A stretch of DNA of 64,000 nucleotides from NCBI GenBank assembly GCA_051362555.1, contig CM120640.1:48090788-48154787 (forward strand), in the 5' to 3' direction. This document shows positions 58,628-64,000 of the stretch, one piece after another; position 1 is the stretch's first letter, and each line of letters starts with the position of its first letter. A program made the position numbers and the translations under genes. The stretch is from Lingula anatina. Lineage: Eukaryota > Animalia > Brachiopoda. The notes under the pieces were generated by a model. It was not told the DNA's origin. It did no database searches and saw nothing but the letters and a program-made list of their open reading frames with translations.

Positions 58628-60014
58628 GCTTTACGTGTTGATATTAAAAAAAAGAAACATATCGTTTGTTAAATATTATGAACTGCTGTTAACGATTCAA
58701 AATAAATGAAATGCCTATCCATTTCTGGGGTCATTCAACAAAAAAGTGAACACCGTCCTGTCAGTGAAGCACACATTATAATGTACGTTAATTATCTGCA
58801 TGCAATTTCGACTTTCGCAGTTTCCTTTTATATAGTACCTCTCAAAAATTAAATGTTATCAAAATTTGACATCTAATATTTAGATCTAAAAAAAATATTA
58901 CTCAAAATGTATGAGTGACTGTTAATTTGTCTATTTTTATTTATATTATTATTCTTTATATTGTTAACTTTTTTTTTCTATTTTATAAATCATTTAACTA
59001 TTTATTCATTCATTCATTCATTCATTTGTGGAACGCCCCAGATGGGACCTAAAATGGGGGAGGGGGGGCTTTCCGCAAAAGATATTCATTTTTTTTTTTA
59101 ATTAAAATTAAATTACAGGCATATACAGGTATGTCAACATTTGTTCATATATACCATTTTATGAAATTTTTCAAAAGTATGCCCCTTTTCAGTTGATTTA
59201 AAAGGGCAAATACCAGTACTGATCACATCGCACTTTAAACTCTTTATTCAGTTGTTACCACCCCTCTTTATCAGAAGCAGGGGATCTGTTGAAGGGGTCC
59301 TCGGCGACAGCTCCAGGTTCCTTCGGTGGGGCTCTATGGACGAGTACGAGGGACTCAATGTGGAGACCCTGGGCCGGGCCCTTTGCAGGGAGCCTAGGCT
59401 TTTTTCCTCTTTTGTGCATTTTGAACCTCCCCCCCCCCCCTTTTATTGTATTGAACTTTTGGTGCCCCCTTGAAAATAATTTTGAGCCAACTTATTTTTT
59501 ATTTGGCAGTTGTCAGTAGAATATACATTGAACATATCAGAGTTGTACCCTGTAATTACTGAACAATCTTTGCAAGACTTAATTGCCTGACACCCACCTG
59601 CTCTCCCTTGTAAGTCCGCAAAGCCAATGGTTTGCAGGGAGTACTGATGTTAATATCTATCACAAATCATGTTAATAATTAATAATTTTATGTAGGATGA
59701 ATGCAACTTTTGAAATTTCTTTAAAATATATACTGGAATTAAAACTGACAGTAATTTTGAAAACAAACAAACAATTAAAGAACTTTTGAAAGGCTTATTC
59801 CACACTCAGCAAATGCAACTTTTGTGCAAAACAAAAAACCAATTTTTTCAGAGTATTTTACTAATTTCAAAGCATTTCAACAGAGAATATTAATGTAGAA
59901 ATGTTGCCTTATTTACTGACAAAACCTGAATTTTGGCCAAATTTGCAAAGATCAGGGAGCTGCAAACCAGTTTTCGTAGCTTCATTTCCAAAATGCAAGA
60001 TTGCATAAAACCAA

Positions 60015-60106
60015 TAAGATCCTATAGAATCCTGTATGAAATTGGGCCAATTTCACATAGAATCCTATTGGATCTTATAGGATCCTATAGGACCTTTTCG
60101 TAAGGG
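60015..60106. repeat. Degenerate 10-bp palindromic minisatellite (ATAGGATCCT)n, probably a MITE remnant
   Basis: ataagatcctatagaatcct..atagaatcctattggatcttataggatcctatagg. Confidence 0.6.
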
Positions 60107-60164
60107 CTTTTTAATGAAAATAGAAGTGAAAAAAAGAATATTTGCAGAATTCATAGTTTGCAGC

Positions 60165-61357
60165 TCAGGTTGCCGATGCACCAATCAAGTTTTCTTCAAG
60201 TTGATACTGAAATAAGTTCCTTTTTCGTACACCAGTGCTTTTTGCATTTCCTCTTATATCTACAAATAGTTCAACCAAGGCTTCAGGGGGCAGCTTTTGA
60301 TGAAATATCCACAAGTAGTTCAACAGTTTATGCAGATCATGGTAATGATAAAACCTTCCTGCAAGTTTTAACTGTGAAAACTGCAGCATCATCCAAGGTA
60401 GTTTTGAGTAAAACTCTACGTCCATTTTCATAGTGAAAACAAAACCTGGTGAACAAGTTACATTATATTCAAGAAATAAGAAATACTTTGAAAATATAAA
60501 TCTCTGAGCAAACATTATTAACATGCCATAGTCAATATTATCCTTTTGCCATGATTCTAGAGTGGAAGTGGCATTTGTGTCAGAAGGATTTGTTCTGTAT
60601 ATAACCTGTAAGAATCCACTGCTCATATAGGTTGGAAACATTGATATGATTTCCTTTAATATTTGAAAATTGCTGCTTTGGTCCACTGACAGAAATATGA
60701 GAACAACTGTTTCCATTTGATCTTTTTCTGTGGTCTCCTCTATCAGTGAATTTATTGTTCTCATAATTTTATCTTTGCCATCTTTTTCATTCATCAGGAT
60801 GCCAATAGTCTGAAAACCTGAAGTAAAAAGAAAATATATCAAACATGGTGAATAAAACCTAAACATTTAGAAGACAAATTTTCACTCTGTAAAAAATTGT
60901 ATTAACATTTCACAAGTATTGCATTTCAGGTCCCTAGTAAATAAGAAAGAATTTTTTTCTTCTTTTATCATTATTTCGTGACATTTTATTATTTTATTTA
61001 TTTATTTTTGTTGTTGGGGGGGGGGGTGCTCATGTTTGTTGATGTCGCATAGATTGACAATATGTACTGGTGTTAGGTAACGTAATTCAAAACATTACAG
61101 TCCAACGTAAGAAACACGTGTTCCTCACCTTTAATAGCCCTCTGCCTGCCAACCACTTGGAGTTTTGCGCTGTGGCTCCAGTAAGACAAAGGAAGAACCA
61201 CGGTGCCGCTAGGAATGGGTCCCTCACGGGCAAAATTCCCATTAGTTTTTTCCCATTTAAAGTAGTATCTCCGGAGTAAATTCAACATCCATATTACATA
61301 GAGTGTAGCCACTGTCACAAAAAACATCGATATTTTCTTCATTTTTTGCAAGTGCAT
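60165..61357 (-). CDS. MGAT4-like (GT54, GnT-IV family) type II membrane protein, ~293 aa, degenerate active site, no C-terminal lectin domain
   Basis: Exon 61357-61129 (basic N-terminus, TM MFFVTVATLYVIWMLNLL, donor G|gtgagg) joins 60817-60165 in frame; family motifs QTIGI, SGFLQVI, NIDYGMLIMFA, WMMLQFSQL, LFQ. Confidence 0.8.
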
Positions 61358-61461
61358 CCTACCGCATATCTAATGCATTTTTGTTGTGGTGGAATTATGA
61401 TTGAAACCATGAACAGCTTAACGTTCCTTCTTTCTCTTCACTGTGTTTAACACAAACTTGC

Positions 61462-61629
61462 CAGGGGCGGATTTAGGCCGTCTTCTGGGTCTTCCGGAAG
61501 ACGGTCAGATTTTCAAGTTTACATTGACGGGTATCTATTTTTTTCTGTCGGAAGACGGTCAAATATGGAGGTTGGATCAACAAAGATAATTTGGAAGACT
61601 GTCAGAAAATATCTCTGGATCCGCCCCTG
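61462..61629. mobile_element. 168-bp MITE with CAGGGGCGGAT terminal inverted repeats and a 5-bp target-site duplication (CTTGC)
   Basis: cttgc|caggggcggat...atccgcccctg|cttgc; three internal ggaagac(g/t)gtca motifs. Confidence 0.85.
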
Positions 61630-63284
61630 CTTGCTACCTCCTACATTTAATCTCCTCGCTTTAACCCGTTGTTTATTACACCTGAGACGCAACACCTGTG
61701 AAAGGAGGACAGAAATGGTACTTCCGTTGTCCCGTTCATACTGAAGGGCAGAAACCACTAAAAACAGTTTTGCAGGCATTTCTTAGTATGGTCGTCAATG
61801 GGAAATTATTTGGTGGTTTCTGTCCTGCAAAGTCAATGAACAAACCGTAACATAAAAAGGGAAGTGGATTATTCCTCCTTTAAACCCCAGTATTTATCCA
61901 CCCCTTGGAACTGCCCATGGTCACCACTCAGTGACCATTACTACAGAAGTGCTTTCGATTTGGAACGATTTGAGTGACGCATGTTAAGATACTTCATGGT
62001 ATATTACCACTTCATAGGATAAGAATTACTACTTCATAGACCTACAAGTATGTGGACCTCAAACCGCCGTTGGACCTTATGTTCAAACACGTTATTTTTT
62101 CGTTATCTCATTTATTTATTACTAATTATGAACTAGGATTTACAATAAGTTCAGTTCTATAGTAGGGCTTGCTTGTGTTTTACCCTCCTGCTATTTCGTG
62201 AACTTGTTCAACAGATAGTGTAGGCCCTATTCTTTTATTCTCACTGAGAGATTTGAGAAGATGATTGATTTGACATTAACTTTATACAGCAATGTTTGAA
62301 AATAGGGGTTTTTGTAGACAAAGGAACTGCTGCATTGCAATACATTTAAAACAATTATGTCATTAAATGTGTAACTATTTATTGACATAAACAATGTATC
62401 GTTCATGTATCTTTATTCGCATGATGTACTGTACAGTAGGTCTAGATCTACTTCTCTGATGTACGTTTACTATAAGAGGCTATGTACAGCATGGTGAAGT
62501 GGTATTTTGGATTGAAGACCTTGAATTACAGTACATAATGTACATATGATAATTAAAATGCGATTACAGGGAATAAAGTCATTATTTTGAAAACCAAAGT
62601 CAACAGGCCTACAATACCAATTTTTTTAATTTACGAGCTTTATGCTAGACCTACTCACCACGGAAATACATGTAGGGCCTATTTGAATAAAATATGAGGA
62701 AAATGCTTCTTAACAACCGCAGTTTTTATTTTAAAGAATTGTGTCGTATTTTGATATTTTTGATATTCTTCTGGTGAATGCGGCATGGGTTCAATTAATA
62801 AATGACTGCTTTAATATATGCCGGTACACATAGGCCTACATGCATATATACACGTCCGAAAGAATCATTTCATTCACCGCCCACTATCATTTACAAAAAA
62901 AGGTTAATCAAAGAATTTTTATGTCAAAATAACCAACTCCCAGCGGGCTCCAAAAATCACTTGAAGTCTATGAAGATTCGACATTCGATTTTAAAATCGA
63001 AAATATCTTCACGACCTGATTCCTCGAGCTCGGTATTTGGCGACAACGAAGCCTGGTGTTTAGGAATATCACCCATATACTGGAAAACAACAAAAAAAAA
63101 TAGATTGATTAAAATAACACAAATGTAAACGGATACTATGGTTGTGTCCTTACGTGTATGTGTGTGTTTGTGTGTGCGCGTATTCGTGAGTGTTTTTAAA
63201 AAGGGGTATTTCATTTCCCGTCATGTTTGCATTTCTAATCTTAACAAGTGAATTTTAAAAGAATCAAATGCCTTTTTTACTGGT

Positions 63285-63780
63285 TCAGGCTTCATCAATA
63301 TCTCCAAGAAGGTCGTCCACAATATCATCGACGTCGTTTTCGGTCAGATGGCTCATATCGAGGTCGTCGTTGGAACACCGTCTGATATAAAATTAAATCA
63401 TGCAAATTTATGCATTAAAATGATACACAGCTGTTTAACTAACTGTTTCACACCAATTTGTAAGACACGTTAAATAACCTTTACGAGGACGTTGTTTTAT
63501 AGGCACATAGGGTTGCAACTTCAAATGAATATAGACCACACGCACCCTTTGCTACATTCCACTTGTCCCAAGCGCGTCTCTGTTGCTGGAGTCTTGGCGA
63601 CATGCATTGACACGCCGACGACCGCCAAGTCGATGTTCGATTCCCCGGTTGATACATCCGAAGGACGGGGTCCAACTATATATACAAAGAATAGTTTTGT
63701 TATTCTCACATGATGATGTCCATGATGATGAAAATTACTTTTAAGAACATGTGAGGGATCATTTCCATACGCCATTGTAC
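63285..63780 (-). CDS. 3' exons of an unidentified gene continuing beyond the window, with an acidic C-terminus
   Basis: Phase-consistent chain 63780-63739 (TMAYGNDPSHVLK), 63675-63546 (GPRPSDVSTGESNIDLAVVGVSMHVAK..ECSKG), 63381-63285 (RCSNDDLDMSHLTENDVDDIVDDLLGDIDEA*); CpG-rich coding-like composition; family not recognised and an alternative frame for the middle exon is possible. Confidence 0.55.
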
Positions 63781-64000
63781 CTGTATAATCAGATAGCTAA
63801 TATATATTTTCCTTGCAAATGACCATAGCAGGGCTCTAGCACAACATCACAAGTTTACGTTTTCCAATGATTGTCAAGTTGTCTCAAAATAAATAGCTAA
63901 CTAAAAAAACAGCGGGTATGTTATCTATAAAAATATTGAATATCATCTGTTTGTATTTTAGATTTAAAAGATTGCAGGGATGTTGACAATTATGAAAATG

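Noticed and set aside
59252-59519. GC-rich plus-strand ORFs between RuvBL2 and the MGAT4-like gene
   Set aside because: Non-ATG starts and no recognisable protein; more like a decayed GC-rich repeat

Overview
AT-rich, intron-rich animal genomic DNA, most likely a mollusc or other lophotrochozoan (scallop-type troponin motifs KGLGGLSPEKK, PNFII, SKYERHTD; mollusc-type HINE/MITE repeats). All genes lie head-to-tail on the minus strand. In transcription order: the 3' end of an unidentified gene (63285 to >63780), a degenerate MGAT4/GT54-like glycosyltransferase (60165-61357), RuvBL2/reptin (52016-58504, 15 exons, final GC-AG intron), troponin I (first exon ~50185-50240, CDS 40700-18521) and, ~1.2 kb after its poly(A) signal, troponin T (first exon ~15778-15815, CDS 12951-305). 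Gene models were assembled by hand from splice sites and exon phases; most long entries in the ORF track are intronic or repeat-derived. Highlights: (1) a tight TnI->TnT tandem pair, as in vertebrates, whose genes share an intron position; (2) a ~240-aa modular TnI N-terminal extension with three motifs resembling the caldesmon N-terminus plus an E/R/K single-helix-like spacer; (3) two adjacent mutually exclusive exon clusters (2 x 124 nt, 3 x 101 nt) that rebuild the TnI IT-arm; (4) a RuvBL2 C-terminal switch built from a GC donor, an in-frame stop, an intronic AATAAA and a duplicated acceptor; (5) a probable MGAT4 pseudo-enzyme. Comparisons to known proteins are from memory and were not run as searches.
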